A stretch of 63,405 nt of DNA, filler included, from Sphacelaria rigidula (lineage: Eukaryota): NCBI GenBank assembly GCA_964200075.2. It is 6 parts of 6 records of this genome, joined end to end, with 100 filler letters (N's around TTAATTAATTAA, not from the genome) between each part and the next. Parts side by side here need not be neighbours in the genome. Positions count along the whole stretch, not along the records: positions 31,756 to 42,239 come from CAXNAA020006416.1; positions 42,340 to 52,822 come from CAXNAA020006417.1; 4 more parts are not named here. One strand, given 5' to 3'. Each line of letters opens with the position of its first letter. Positions within the stretch are counted from its first letter, which is position 1. Positions 38,401-51,900 of the stretch are shown here, piece after piece. The position numbers were made by a program, and so were the translations under genes. The notes below the pieces were generated by a model. That model searched no databases and was not told the DNA's origin. It was given only the letters and a program-made list of their open reading frames with translations.

Positions 38401-41034
38401 GTCAATATTGTCAACGTTTAGTGGGGTTGACAAATTTGCATGCACCATCGTGACATCCACCTGGGGTGGATATATCAATCTTGGATATCCATCTGGGACA
38501 TTCATCTGGGATGTCCCCGTACACGGGAAAGTTTCATCTCGTATGTCAGCAGATTCACCTGGGATATCCATTTGAAATATCCATCCGGGGGGTGCCAGAT
38601 GCATCCTGAGCTTTCGTCTGTGATACTCAAGGTAAATGTTTCGCAGTAACTGGAAATGTATCTGTGAGTTCAAGGCGAAACTCCAACATCAGAGTAGGAT
38701 TTATTATATATCGATCAGTCATTCTGCGTTCGATACTACAATGCAGACGAAGGCACCCAACCTAACGCTGTGGCTCTATGCTTGCGACCGAGATTTAGGG
38801 AGTAAGAGATTCGCCATTTCCTGCCCTAGGGATATGAATGACGACAGGTTGCAAATAGGAACGGGTGGGTTCCCAAATTCCAGGCGAGCGTTCACTTGGG
38901 ATATCCGAGCTTGGGATGGACAGCCCAGATGGATCTGACATCGCAGATGGACACTATAGATGGATGTCCCGGATGGATATCCATACTCCAAATGGATATA
39001 ATATACATATATATGCCGGACGGATAACCCAGGAGGTCATCCCGGACGGACATCCATATCACAGATGCATATCCGAAGTGAATCTGATATTTCAGATGGG
39101 CATACCAGATGAATGTCCCAGGTGAATCTGACATGCAAGATGGGCATACCAGATAGATGAATGTCCCAGAGCAATATCTATATTGAAAAAAAATGTCCCG
39201 GAACGATATCACAGGTCGACGTCCCGGATGGACATTGATATCCTGGATAAATATCTCGGAAGTACATTGTATCCCCAACGAAGGCTACACGATCATGCGG
39301 GTCTCCCCAAATGTAGTCACCTTATGTCGTCATACGATCCGCGAGTATGTGCCGTTTCCACTGCTCGTCTGGAATGGTCCTTGAAGTGCTCCTTCCACGA
39401 GACATTCCCGTACTTGTTTGCATCTGCTCCGGTGAGAGGCTCGCTGCGTCGAAACCCCTGCGAGAAACAGCCCTAAGGTGTTTCAGCGAGCGCCTTGTAC
39501 GGCTTTGATCTCAGTTCAATCGATCGTGTTTGTACTAGTGGGTGGTGACAACTTCCCGGTAGGTTGCTCATTCTTGTTCGTTTTTCTTAGCACAACCCCA
39601 ATAATATTTCGCGTATTGTGAGTGAGCTATTCGTATCTCGGGTGGCGCCAAGAAAAACGATCCAGCCTGAGCGCAGAAAAGCGTCTCTTACCTGCTCCCT
39701 TGACAATGACGCCGTGGGTATGGGAAAAAGTGATTTCGTGAAAAGCTACAAACGATATGACATTGTAAGTGAGACCTCAAACCGAACTCATACATTGAAC
39801 TGTGTGCAACCTGCAATGCATTCGTACCTCGACCACGTAAGGCCACATGGCAGATGGAATCCCAGCTTCGCCCACCGCGACCGACCTCTCGATGTGTACC
39901 CCTTCTTCGTGCATATCTTGATGCTCGTTGGCCAATATCTCCGACTTCTTCATCAATACTTTGGGGACTTGGTCCAAAAACTGACGATGTCAACGGAACA
40001 TAGAAGAACCAACAACCGTGAAACGGCCGTTAGAAGGTTGTGAAGCATTCCACTTGGACAACTCGTGGAGCTCCAACGGTATTTACTGACTCTATAATCG
40101 TGAAGTAGTACATCCCTGGAGGGGGTAAATGTGTGCTTGTGTGCTTGCACACGGTTATAAATAGCTCTTGGCCAAACGAAGCTGAAACGTTACGCGAGTT
40201 AATCCATCGCCATTATGCTTTTCTTTAAGGTAGAATGGAATACTTTTACATTTTCTCGAACTGATCCTTTGTTGCACCACAAGAGGTCCCAGACCATAAA
40301 ACCCCGACATGTCAAGTCGAGGCAAGTGTCTCGAGCGCACGCGATTTCCGTGGTGTACCTTCCAGGGTTATCACTACACAGCGTCATCACATCTGTACTA
40401 ACATCAGAGAATGTCACACTTTTCATGAGCCCACCTGCTCACGAGTCCATGGCGCACAGCGATCATATACGCATTTGAAGGTGTGCCAGTTGCCACTGAA
40501 GACGGCAGCTGTCAGCGGCGTGAGCGCTCTCGTTCCTCTTATTGTCGGTGGCGGCTTCAGAGCTGCCATCGCTTGCTGCCTTCCACGCCCCCCATCGTAG
40601 ACCTGGGCCGCAAACATACGCAGGTCAGAGCTGATCGGGTCTCAATGCTGTTGTACCCACTCTGCCCTGCCTGCACATCCTCGCTTTTATTTGTATGGTT
40701 TTTCATAGATTTAGAACCGGACCTATCAAAAGCAGGCGCAATGAAAAACGGAGTGCGAGATGTGGTGGTATTACTTGAAACATAGATGTATGGGGCTTTA
40801 CTTTCGCTGACGCTGACGCATTGAAGCCACAACTCTGGTCTCATAGACGTGTTGCGTACAGACCAGAATCACAAACGTAGATGTATCGAACATCACCAGT
40901 AACTTCACCTGTTCAAGTATGCCGAACACTTTGTCGAACATTTCCGCTCCTTGTAGATTGTCCGTCACAGGCGCCGATGCCGCACAACTTAGCGAGCTGA
41001 TCCTGCTCCTTCTCCCCGAGAGAATCTCCCATCT
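32416..41034 (-). CDS. Partial multi-exon TRP-like cation channel (N-terminal cytosolic region through S1-S2)
   Basis: Eleven GT-AG exons splice in frame without stops (1701 nt, 567 aa): 41034-40909, 40602-40435, 39980-39828, 39457-39321, 38260-38141, 37866-37746, 37277-37113 (weak donor), 36919-36843, 33559-33206, 32999-32811, 32506-32416. Motifs: ankyrin-like LTPLTAAVFSGNW; TRPC-like NPFVAAASVSRQLREV; pre-S1 DFINSRLVLDFIHVKF; S1 PVVRFMFDFLSYMVMLALF; S2 EWIFYVFVW. Confidence 0.82.
34381..34720 (+). mobile_element. tRNA-derived SINE, full length ~340 bp
   Basis: Head GGTCGCCCCGGTGGCTCAGTTG (A box) ... GAGTTCATACC (B-box-like), conserved body, ACAACAC tail. Further copies at 19700, 53351, 53453 and 53822. 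Confidence 0.85.
35225..35374. mobile_element. Family B inverted-repeat element (short copy, opposite orientation)
   Basis: TTCTACGGTAGGGGTGCAC and CCCTTACCGTAGAACCACTCTGGCG. The right end matches the reverse complement of the left end of 20055-20317. Confidence 0.65.
38445..39265. repeat. Low-complexity array built from GGATATCC/GATGTCCC/CAGATG motifs inside a TRP intron
   Basis: Repeated, partly palindromic short motifs at ~38450-38610 and ~38890-39260. Confidence 0.6.
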
Positions 41035-42239
41035 CTGCGGCAATCGACGAAGCAGGGGGGACGGGAAAACGTGGAATTCGAAACGTTCCGAGGTACAGTA
41101 GTGGGCGGTCCAACTATTCAGGGGTGTTTTAGGATTTTCCTCCCGTGCTAATCTTCGGTAGAAGTCGAAATTGCTAGTGTCGGTAGCCTTTGGTACAACA
41201 AAACAGGTCGTCTTCGAAACACAGTGCCCAAGTCAGTCTTAGTTGGGGTTATCGGGCGAAACGAGTAAAAACCTCGTTCATCAGAAGGGTGTTATTGACC
41301 GTGAAACACATTGTTTTGGCCCTAGTGCACTGAGTAGGCAAAAATTAAAAAAGTAAGACTGTACATTTGTTTTAAAAATATGATCGGGACGGACACGACC
41401 GACCGAAAATACAGAAGAAAAAGAATCTGGGCTGAAACGTGGCAGGACCCCCGATGACCGGTCAGCCTACGAGTTACTCAATATTGAGTACAGATTATTT
41501 TTTCTTCTTGGAATGTGGAGTGGGTACAAATATCTTGATAACCCCGATGTGATCAAGGGTGGCAAGCGAAAAGAGCCCAAGAAAATCGCCAATTACGAAA
41601 AAATCACAAAATGCCACAAAATGATTAGTTAGACCGCCCACTACTGTATGCACAAGAGTACGATACGGAACGCTCGATATTCGCACGTAGCAACTGCTCG
41701 CATTTTTCACAAACAAACGGTCTGGTCGAGGCTAGCATAGAACACAAGCTGACTAGACATCGAGCACCTTCAGGGTGCGAGAAGAAGAGTGTAAAGGCAG
41801 ACACAAGGACTGGATCCGCTGCCCAGCGGAAGACATAAAGACGTTCGGTATCCAATGGTAGGGATGCACTACGAGAGCCTTCAATTCAGTAGAGTGGCAC
41901 AGTAGTCTTGAAAAGGGAGCAGAAAGGTTCATGGTGGACTGGTGCCAAAAGGATGATGCAGAGACAGTGATACTGTTGGAATAATTCGTGGTCGTGGCAC
42001 TGTCCTTACGACAGGCCAACTACTGTTCAGCGAACAGTAGTATGCAGAGGTTGCACCGTGGTTGATTACACCACTTGCTTCCGTAGCTTCAGAATGAAAT
42101 CAGTGAGACAAATGGTTGATTGGGCGCTTATTTGGCCAAGAAAAGCTGAACTCGCAGTTTCCTCTCAAAGCGGAGAACTGATGGTAGTGAAGGAGAGTGA
42201 CTGCAGAGGGCGGTGAGGACCACCGACTACAATTGCTCA

Positions 42240-42339
42240 NNNNNNNNNNNNNNNNNNNNNNNNNNNNNNNNNNNNNNNNNNNNTTAATTAATTAANNNNN
42301 NNNNNNNNNNNNNNNNNNNNNNNNNNNNNNNNNNNNNNN
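42240..42339. other. Artificial contig-joining linker
   Basis: Same 100-bp N/TTAATTAATTAA spacer. Confidence 0.98.
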
Positions 42340-44149
42340 GCTCCAAGCGTGCTTCTAGCGTGCGCATAACGTGTTTGTGCCGACACCTATGCCTGTGGCG
42401 CCGAGTTGAGGTCTTGCGACGCACACATTGTGTGGGAAACATGTTTCACCCCCTTCCCCGGGGTATCCCCGGATGTCTTTGGGATTCGGGTTGTGGTTGG
42501 TGTTACGGTTTGGTCGAAAATTTAAATATCCGAGAAGTTCCTCTCTCTCCCAAACGATGAACTTACCTCTTCCTATTTCCGGCCGCCTTCATTTTTTTCG
42601 TTCTCATACATTGTACGGCAGTCAGGGAGACGCGAAGTCGTGCAGGAGGGGGTTCCAAATCCCCAAGCGCCTTGTATGCATCCGAAACTGTTGAATGTGG
42701 GTTGATTTCCCCATATTTGTCTCTCATCGGTTTTGAACATTATATACGTACACGATGGTTGATATTCATATGATGTTGGAATCTGAACTTGGAACGACTT
42801 GTGCGAACGTCGTGTTCTCGAGCGTGTCAGGATCATCCCTATCCTCATAGAAAGTGTGTTTCCTTAGACCATCGGCGCTCGTGCGCTGTTTTCGGGTCTA
42901 CCAATACTCACTTCCTACAGACTACGCGTTAGTCAGCAAACCCCTGATACATGTGGACTGGTCCGGGTCAGTGTTGAGATTATCGTCGCGGTTGTGATTC
43001 CTCCGTCTTTTTCGGTTTTGTATGCGGAGAATAGTCGCCAGGGTGACTCCTGTGGAATGGGAGTAATAAACCGTACTATTCCTCCGTTGGATTGGAGTGA
43101 CATGCACTGATGAAAAAGACTTGCCGCGTTTACAGAACAATTTCAGCATACTCGTGAACCAGCGGTAACCGAAATGTGTACACGCTATCCTGTGCTTTTC
43201 TCACAGACCCCATACCCTTTTGATGTCGTGCACGTCGTTTCTACTCATATTCGGTGAATTTGACCCCGAAGTATGATGCTTGTTTCGTTGTAGTGTCTGA
43301 TTGTGTTGGGTCGCATGACCAGAAATTTCCGGTTCCTCGTGCTAGTGTATTTGTTTGGAGTTAAAGGGAGGTGGGATCAACGTAGTGTTTACATTTCCGT
43401 ACTGTTTTCACCTCCCCATCCATCAGCATCACAAAGAGTTACGTCTGCAAAGCACAGCCTGTGCTTGTTCAGTAGTACAGCCTGTAGCACGAAGTAACTT
43501 CTTGAACACTGCTGTCTGTTGTTTACTGCTGTATATTGTTATACTGCTGTCGTAATGATCGAAGTCCAGCCACCCAGGAATACACAACGGAAATAAGTCA
43601 CTGCGGCTTCTCATCATGTGGCAGTACCGTACACGGGAGCATCTTTCTTCTGAGATGACGGGTGCAATACAAGTGCAGTTTCCGCGTAAGTGCTGCACGG
43701 TGCAGCCTGTGACGACGCAGTCTTGATAAATGAACGGGGGCGTGCACGATACAGTACAGTACATTAATTTTCGCGAAGTAACTACTAAACTACAGATCGA
43801 GTACAGGCTGTGCTTTGCAAACATAGCTTGGACCAGTCATACCGTCATTTATTGGCGGGGTGGGAGGGGGGGGAGGCAGCCTCGCATTTCAGGATCGTCC
43901 TGAAAGGATATCAGCGTCGGATGACAACAAACTGTGAAGATCCGAAACGGGGGTTCTTCTAAAATAGTTGAAAAGGTCCCTTCTCGTCGTCTCTGATTTT
44001 GGCATCTACAGTATGTCTTCCCGGTGCAGTGTTCCCTGTGAATTACCTATGTTCCTCGATCAAAACTCCTTCTTTCCTGGGAACACCATGTTGCTTGTAG
44101 TTTGATGAGGCTTATTTCAACGCGCGATTAGCAGCTACCAGCCGGTTGC

Positions 44150-44400
44150 CAATAATACAAGAAGCATCAACACTATCACGGACTGCTATCTCAGAGGAGT
44201 CTTTGGTCTTCACAAATGTAAGCCCGCGTTGCACGCAACATATGGGTCTTGTCTCCGGCGTGAACCATGGGCATTGCGCCTGGTCATTGATGTGTGGGTT
44301 GACTCCCCACCTGGCACATCGAGCTCAATGGCTTCGATACTAATGATTGTGTTTGAGCCCGCTAGCCTGGTGCCCACCGAACCGGCACCATTCCCAGCTA
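44150..44400 (+). repeat. Dispersed repeat, second copy at ~50030-50280
   Basis: Shared GGACTGCTATCTCAGAGGA, CACAAATGTAAGCC and CTCAATGGCTTCGATACTAATGAT. Confidence 0.85.
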
Positions 44401-45039
44401 GAGTATCGAACCATGACATGGTGTCCATCCGTGCTTGTGTAGAGTCAACTTCGGCATGACCCCCAAAGACGTAGCATGCGCTTCCGTAAAATATTTTTGT
44501 GGGGAGGTTTGAGATTTCATTTTGTCGCGTCACTAGACTTATATATGGTAAATAGTATGCCTTGCACAAATGGGACACAATCCACACAGCAACAGACGCC
44601 CTTCTTTCCACGAGTACGAAACAACACAACCGCGCTGCTTCACAGTTGCGTGCCCTCATTGTTTTCAATGGCAAAAACAACTGCACCAGGATATGCTTGC
44701 ACTACAATGATGTGGAACAGTAGAGAGTAAGCATGGACTAGGTAGGCTTTGTCGTCCTGTCTGTTCGTGGTATTGCGTTGTTGCCCGCCGCAATGCACTG
44801 CGTTACATACAACCCAAGCAGAGCGCCACCAACGGCTTTATGCACGAGTTCATCAAGGATGGTTCATCAGCACGCCACTGCAGACGTTCAAAGCAAAAGT
44901 GAAATAACCTAGCCAAAGCAATTGGTGAATGGCATATAGGTCGAACGAAATTATACGAGTCAACGAACCAGAGGGCCTACAACTACGTCGGGGTGTTTTG
45001 GGACATCAAGTTCCAGACAGCTCCGGAAGGTGTGCCGTC

Positions 45040-45154
45040 GCGTTGTTGTTATCCGTTGTTGTGGCTGTTCGTTGTTTGTTTGCTGCGGTTCGTTGTTGTC
45101 CTTTGTATTTGTTATTGTGCTGCTGCTACCGTCTGTCGCTCTTGTTATCGGCTG

Positions 45155-45186
<32 letters not shown>

Positions 45187-45309
45187 GGCGTTGCTTCGGC
45201 CTGTTATCGTCTGCTGTTGTCACGGCCGCTGCGGTCGCTGCTGCTGCTGCTGTGTTGCTGCTGCTGTTGTTGTCTGTTGTCGCTGTTGCCTATTACTACT
45301 GCTGCTGTT

Positions 45310-45371
<62 letters not shown>

Positions 45372-45410
45372 CGTTGTATGTTGTTGTATGTTGTTGCTGC
45401 GCTGCTGTTT
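45040..45410. repeat. (GTT)n/(GCT)n microsatellite region
   Basis: Long GTT run at ~45312-45372 with flanking degenerate triplets. Confidence 0.95.
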
Positions 45411-45934
45411 CCACCGTGCTTTCTTCTACCCTGATTGGCTGTTATTGTCCCGCTTGTTGTGTTTTTGCCTCTACCGCCTACTGTCGGCTGTATTTTTCTC
45501 GCTCGCTATCACACCGCATGTTGTCATGTGCACGTGCATTTTCCGCCCTCATGTTCTTTATGAACCTTGCTTCGATCTGATCGCACAGTTTTTGTTTTGT
45601 CATTGTCGCGTGCATTGTATCACCTTCGCTTAATCTACACCTGGTCAGCCATAATATCATCGCTATACCTAACCAGCAATGGTTGTGTTCTAGACATTCT
45701 CTAGATTATCCCGGTAGTATAAAGCAAAACAACCCACCATGATCAGGATGTACTTTGTTTCCGGGGTTGCATTTTTATTGTGGCCACGAGGATTTGTGGA
45801 ATGCACATGCAGTAAAGCTTCCATTTTATTTCGATCTTGTTTGCTTTTCTTTCATCTTACATACTCATATTGTCGGCATCTTCGGGTGTCGCGTCTACCA
45901 TAACTGTCTTTTGAGCCCCTCGATTGTACTTTGA

Positions 45935-46200
45935 GTGCTTCATAATTTTGCTCCGCCATCGTCCTGCTCTTTCGAGATGCACTATTTTTAATTTCATGCT
46001 CTGGAATGTTTGCATTTTATTTTGATTGTCTTATCATTTGCGCCCCCTTCGTCTTGCCCTTTCAAGCTGCACTATTTTTAATTTCATGTTCTGGAAATTT
46101 TTTACTTTACTTTGATTGTCTCATCATTTACGCCGCCGTCGTCTTGCTCTTTCGAGCTGCACTATTTTTAATTTTATGTTCTGGTAATTTTGTATTGTGT
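45935..46200. repeat. ~90-bp tandem repeat, 3 copies
   Basis: TGCACTATTTTTAATTT recurs at ~45978, 46068 and 46158. Confidence 0.85.
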
Positions 46201-46399
46201 TTGGCGCTCGCGATGTTTTTCTTTGACCGTGCGGGTGTAGGCTATCTGCAGGGTCTTGTCAGTTGCGCCGCCTGTACTCATCATGCTTGAGCAGGATTCC
46301 GCTGGTAATTGTTTCATCTACCTGGTTCGCAAGGCCGAAACGCCGAATTTACCGCCCGGCACACGACATTTCGATCTGCGTCACGTGGTATAAAACCGA

Positions 46400-46860
46400 G
46401 CCATATTTTCATGTCCCCCAAGACTTCCAACGTATACTAACCACGTCCTTTACTACTTCCGCCCTTGTTTCACCCACACTCTTGTCCTGGGTGTGTCGCA
46501 TCCTGATGAGGGAACCGGCGCTAAACGTTATTGCGTTGGGGAGGACACGCAGGAAACACTGAACGGTTTGCCAATGACGGTACGTTCCCGCGTGGAGTGT
46601 CTGCAATTTGGTTTGGTTTACCTAATCCCGGGTACCTTTTCATAGAACTTTGGTGGCAGGGTCATCACCTTGGTGCCACTAAATAGGATCCCCATTTTTA
46701 TCCCACTCTGGTGATCGATTGTATAAGTTTTCTATTCAACAGGTTGACTTCTTGACGCACCCTGTACCGTAGTTGACTACTACCTTGTCCCTCGCTGATA
46801 CCGTAGTTGGATACTACTTTGTTCAGGTGCTTTAAACTTGGCTTTCGATACCATGCAACC
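46400..46860 (-). mobile_element. Highly decayed LINE ORF2 remnant (tentative)
   Basis: RVLPNAITFSA...GETRAEVVKDVVSIRWK loosely resembles the post-RT segment at 9606-9730. Confidence 0.35.
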
Positions 46861-47078
46861 ATAAATATTTTCGTGCAATGTCTTGTCATTACTTATGCAG
46901 TTCGCAGACTTAGTTGCCCTGCTTTATCTTATTGCCTTTCATGTCTAGCGTACCATGCAAGGTGACTGCCAAATATTTTTGGGCAATGTCTTGTCATTAC
47001 TTGTGCAGTATTCAGACTTAGTCGCCCTGCTTTATCGTTTTGCCCTTCATGTCTAGCGTACCATGCAAGGTGACTGCG
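46850..47078. repeat. ~110-bp tandem duplication
   Basis: GCAATGTCTTGTCATTACTT...CATGTCTAGCGTACCATGCAAGGTGACTGC occurs twice. Confidence 0.85.
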
Positions 47079-48479
47079 CGACTACACACCGTGTCTTTGA
47101 TATTTTTTACAGACCCTACATATGGTTTTCAGACACTCATTCCGCCGAGGTGGTCGATGAACCCCCTCGGGGGGGGCGAAGCACGAGTTCCATATTTTGC
47201 TGGTTGTTGTCTCGCGTGCACACCCTTTGCCACAAAACAACGCGGCTTCCCACCATGAGAACGTCGCATGATCAGAAAAGAAATGCACAAGCTTCTTGAC
47301 CGAGGTGTTGCTCACCCAACGTTCCCCGGCGAAGTTTGTGGACTACACGAGTTTATGTTGAGTAAAATTCGCCAAGTTCGCCAAATATATCTTTACTGCA
47401 GGGTCTCACAGGTTCCTAAGCCTGTTAATCGATAATACCGGCATATAACCAGCTCCCTCCAATTGCAACGCAATTGCTCAGACGTCACGTCCATACAATC
47501 GAAAAACCACGTTCGTTTCTAAAGCCACCAGGTACCTTGGACAATTTGTCCAGGAGCGTAGCATTCTAGGCGCCCTGCTGACCGATATTCGAAATAAGTA
47601 GGACAGCCAACAGTATTGCTGTACGATGTAGGTAAACGCGCGCTCTCCTTTTGCTGTCAAACTCTTGTGCCGTATAACTGCAGCAAGACTTCACCCCACA
47701 ATCCGGTCGTCTCATGGTGGCTCAGCTAGGATATGGCATACGAACTAGACTCTCGCCCAATGAGCATCAATGTACAAGTCATGCGTGTGAGGGCATGTTT
47801 CTTGTCATTTCTGTGCTTTGTCTCGGTATATTTAGTACAACGTACCTCATTATTATATTTTTACTCAGCATGCCTTATCTATTTTATTCTCGCCATGATC
47901 ACGTCTACAGTTTCACAGGATTCGAAAACCTGGGGGGACGGCTGCTGAAAAGCTTACATAATTGTACAAATCTTGGCCCCAGAGAGAGTACGTTTCACGC
48001 ACACTCTTGCGCAACCGTACCCTACCCGACGACCTGACGCCATGCTACCGTCTGACACATTCCCCTTCGAGCACTGGACTGGCCGTAAACATTATACACG
48101 TACCACCGCTGTCTCAATAGCAAGAAGTTCCTTCCATATCCGTCCACCCCATCCAAAACACCTCATACCCGAAGTGTTTGCGTCACACCTTGAGGGGGAC
48201 CAAACTGGAACTCCACACCCACATTCCACCTGACCTCTGAATTTGTGTCGTGTTCGACTGCATTGCCTGTATCTGTCACCATGTTGGATTGTCGAGAACT
48301 CTACGTTGTTTCAGGCACTGACGGGTGGGGAAAGGGAAATACTTCAAAAGGGGGGGGGGGGGGGGGTACCCATTTGTATCNNNNNNNNNNCGGGCAACGG
48401 TAAGGGCTTCCGGGTGGGGGGGGGGGGGGCGTACTCATTTGTATCGAGCATCCAAGTAATTGCCCTAGCTGCTGTAATC

Positions 48480-48960
48480 TGCACTATTCCCCAACTCCTT
48501 CACCAACTTCACTTCATAAAGTAGTTTCTGAGCTGTTGCACGCTGTACTGTTTTCATCTTCTTCACTATTTTTATTGCATCCAAGTATTCTTTTCTTTGC
48601 TGCCATTTGCACCGTTTCCGCATCGAGGTATTCTCTTAGCTGCGGCCAGCTGCAATGTTCCCAGTTGTTTCATCAACTTCACCCCTTGCTTTTCCATGTC
48701 TCATGCTTGTATCAGGTCATCAAAGAATACCTCGGTTAGAGAGGGTGATAACGTACATCCTGGTGCGACTCCTATATCAAAATTTTTAGATATTTCCCTG
48801 TCTAGCATCGTCGCACTTTTGGCACGTTTCTTTCGTCTTAATCGCCCACAACTTTCCTCTGATCATAGTTTCTCATGCGTCATGAGCCTTTGGCACCTGT
48901 ATCACCCCACAGCTTCTTCGACCCAGCCATCGCACTCGAAGCACCCCGCTTCCTCACGTA
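48480..48960 (-). mobile_element. Decayed LINE RT fragment
   Basis: Minus strand REISKNFDIGVAPGCTLSPSLTEVFFDDL (RT QG.LSP.LF..ND motif) and LGTLQLAAAKRI, similar to the 9.8-10 kb copy. Confidence 0.7.
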
Positions 48961-51900
48961 GCGATGCCTTGAAGCTTTTGCCATAGGTGCTACCTCCTGG
49001 AAAGGCTACAGCAGTGCCGAGCTGAAGCACCACGTGTATGATTATGGGAATTTCTTTCGGCGAGTACGATACGAAGATGGAGACTGGAAACAGCCATCTC
49101 GCTTGGAAGTTGAGCGCCCCAAGCTGGAACGGAGGAGCCAAAGATAGACTGCAGCCATGGACGTGTACGAATGGCTGTTGTGTGGTTTGGTAAACGATAT
49201 CATTGCGAGAGAAATACGGTAGTGAAATAAGGGAATATGTAACTATATATTGCTGCTACCGCACGCTTCAGTCATGAATTTCGAGTGTTCCTTGTCTTTT
49301 TCTTGTGCCGCTTTGTTATCGATTGCTTCCCATTTGGTAATATACGGGCACATGTGTGAGCCAAGGCGCGTGGGCTCTATTTCCAGTAGAATAGGTGTCG
49401 GTAGTTACAGAAGAGCACCCCTCAAAAGCTGCACTCCTGTAACTGTTGATCAGTTCGCGGAAAGGTTGTTTTTAGCGAGGTTTAAGCCCCGCACTACCCT
49501 AGAATCCAGTGTAACTGATCCAGGGCGTCGACGCGCGATCACGCTAACTAGCCGATCGTTCTCCAGTCTAACTGGGATCCCGGGAAAACGACAGCGACCG
49601 TACTTGTCTGCTGTTTTTGTCGTTGGAAAGGGCGTTATAGATTTTTTCCTTTCCTAACGGATGGAGTGCCCCCCTGCTTATCAGGGTTTACCTATTCAGT
49701 GGATCTGCAACGACTTTTCCCCTGTACTTTAATTTGGCAGGTTTTTCTCGTTTTACTTTCAGGCGTATGATGCACACGCTTTGTTTTTGTTCTGGCCCTT
49801 CCAGCCCTCCAATAAATTTGTGTGTAGCTATATAAATATGGCTAGGGGGATGTTACAGATTTAGTGGTCATGTTCCAGTCGACTGGGTTCCATTTGTCAT
49901 ACTTTGTCATGCTTGGTACCTGATGGGCCATACTACATTGTTTGATTCAGTTAACTTGGCCGCCCCCTTTGGGTTACAGCGTTTTGGACTATGCATCTTC
50001 ACTAGCAACGCACAAGTTAGCCTGTACGCCAATAAAACAAGAGCATCTACGCCATCATGGACTGCTATCTCAGAGGATTCTCTGGTCGTCACAAATGTAA
50101 GCCTGACCTTCATGCAACACATGTTGTCTTGTAGCCTGCGCGGCTCATGGCATGCCACCTGACTACTGGTGCGGTGGCTGACTTTACACTTGGTAACGTC
50201 GAACTCAATGGCTTCGATACTAATGATAGTGTTTGGGCCCTCTAGCCCGGGTGCCCACTGAACTGGCATCTTCCTACCTAGGTGGTGAGTATCGTACCAT
50301 TGTGATATAGAGGGGGGGTATAGACAGGGGTCCACACCTTCCTAGCTATGATCAGTGTGCTGCAAGCTTGAGTGGGTGCGCAAACGCACCAGGTGTCCGA
50401 GTAAAACAAGCTGCAAATGCACACGTGCAGATTCACGTGACTGTTGGTCACAGTAGCAACAAACAAAAGGAGCTCAAAGGCTTGATATCTTTTTATCTCT
50501 CACTGATTATTTCCTTGATCGCCCAGCACACTGTTCTCACCAATGGTAAACAGTAGGAGCAGATGGTCCGGCTCGAAGGATAGCTCAAGAGTGAGCGAGG
50601 GTGCATGGGGCACAGTAGAGCAACCTATTTGAACTCGGCCCGGGAAGGCGTTTCGTCTCCCGGGGACTAGGGCACACCAATCTGTACACTACCCTTCCCC
50701 AACTAGGGTACGCCAGTCTGTACACCAAATCTTCCCAGAGCTATGGGAGCATTCCCCGTGGATAGATCGGATGATCTGTAAGCCAACCTGCCCCAAAGTT
50801 GTCTGTGGGAACTAATAACGCCTCGCTATCTTCCTTCCTCATGAGAATAATTGCAATATTTTCAATGTTGTAATAAATGATTATATCTTCGATGGGTACG
50901 ACCGGGTTTGATTTTTCATTGCACACAAAATATGTTTCAATGGTTTCTGGTGTAGGATTTCGGTCTTCGACGGGTACGACTGGATCTGATTTTTTGTTGC
51001 AGCAAAAAAAATATTTTTCAATAGATAAATAACAAGTAATGAGATACAGTTCTATTATTAAGGGTATACCCGATTTGTTGGTTGCAGCAAGGATCCGTTG
51101 AGAGGCAGACGCCAAATCGCGTGGCCAAGGAATTAGGCTCTGACGTGTTGTTTTTCTACATGAGTGGATCTTCATGAGTGACCACGCCCCGTTTTGGCAG
51201 TGCACTTTTCTGGATTTATTACGTTTTGGTGGAGAGAAAAATTTACATTAATCAACAAGGGGATCAGTTCAAGAACAGAGGTCCCACGTCCTTTTCTTAC
51301 ACATAGACCCCAGCGCTGAGTAGGAGATTCAGCCCTTACGCATCCCCTCCCCCTCCGAATATGATCACGCGGGCACTCGTGGGTATATCTACCGTTTTAA
51401 GCTCTTACACACGAACTGCGATACGACTGAACACAAGAGTGCATCGATCAAACACGGGAACAATAAAGTGCATATTCACGATCGTCGCTTCTCCCTCCCC
51501 GCGGATGGAACCGCTTGTGTATCGTACTCCAAGCATGATCGGGGGGGAGGGGTAGTACCTACCGTTTCGGCTAGGTACGTACGAGCTGGGCCAGCCGAAA
51601 CGAAAGCGCACATCACACAACAGCTTTCCAAGTTCCCCGAATCAGCCTGATTTGAGCATATTGCTGTGAGCTGCAGACCAAGACAAAGGCTGGGTTGAGG
51701 CGACAGGATCACCTTAGTTTAGCCTATTCCTTCGCTAGTTCTTTCTTATTTATAATTCCTTTTTTTGCTTCACTACTTTTTTACAGGGTGTTATAAATAG
51801 ACCATCCATCTATTATGCCAATCACCGATGTCGACGTTTTTCCACATCGAGGAATAAAAAGTTGGGGTGTCGCGATCTCAAAACAATTTCCCCCCATTTT

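Noticed and set aside
23151-41034. Convergent AAA ATPase and TRP channel as a gene cluster or system
   Set aside because: They lie on different contigs joined by an artificial linker.
41753-42019. Further upstream TRP exon
   Set aside because: A donor-like site is present, but the phase-compatible frame shows no ankyrin or TRP similarity.
44929-45633. Poly-Val/Leu/Cys ORFs of 134-234 aa
   Set aside because: Translation of (GTT)n/(GCT)n microsatellites.
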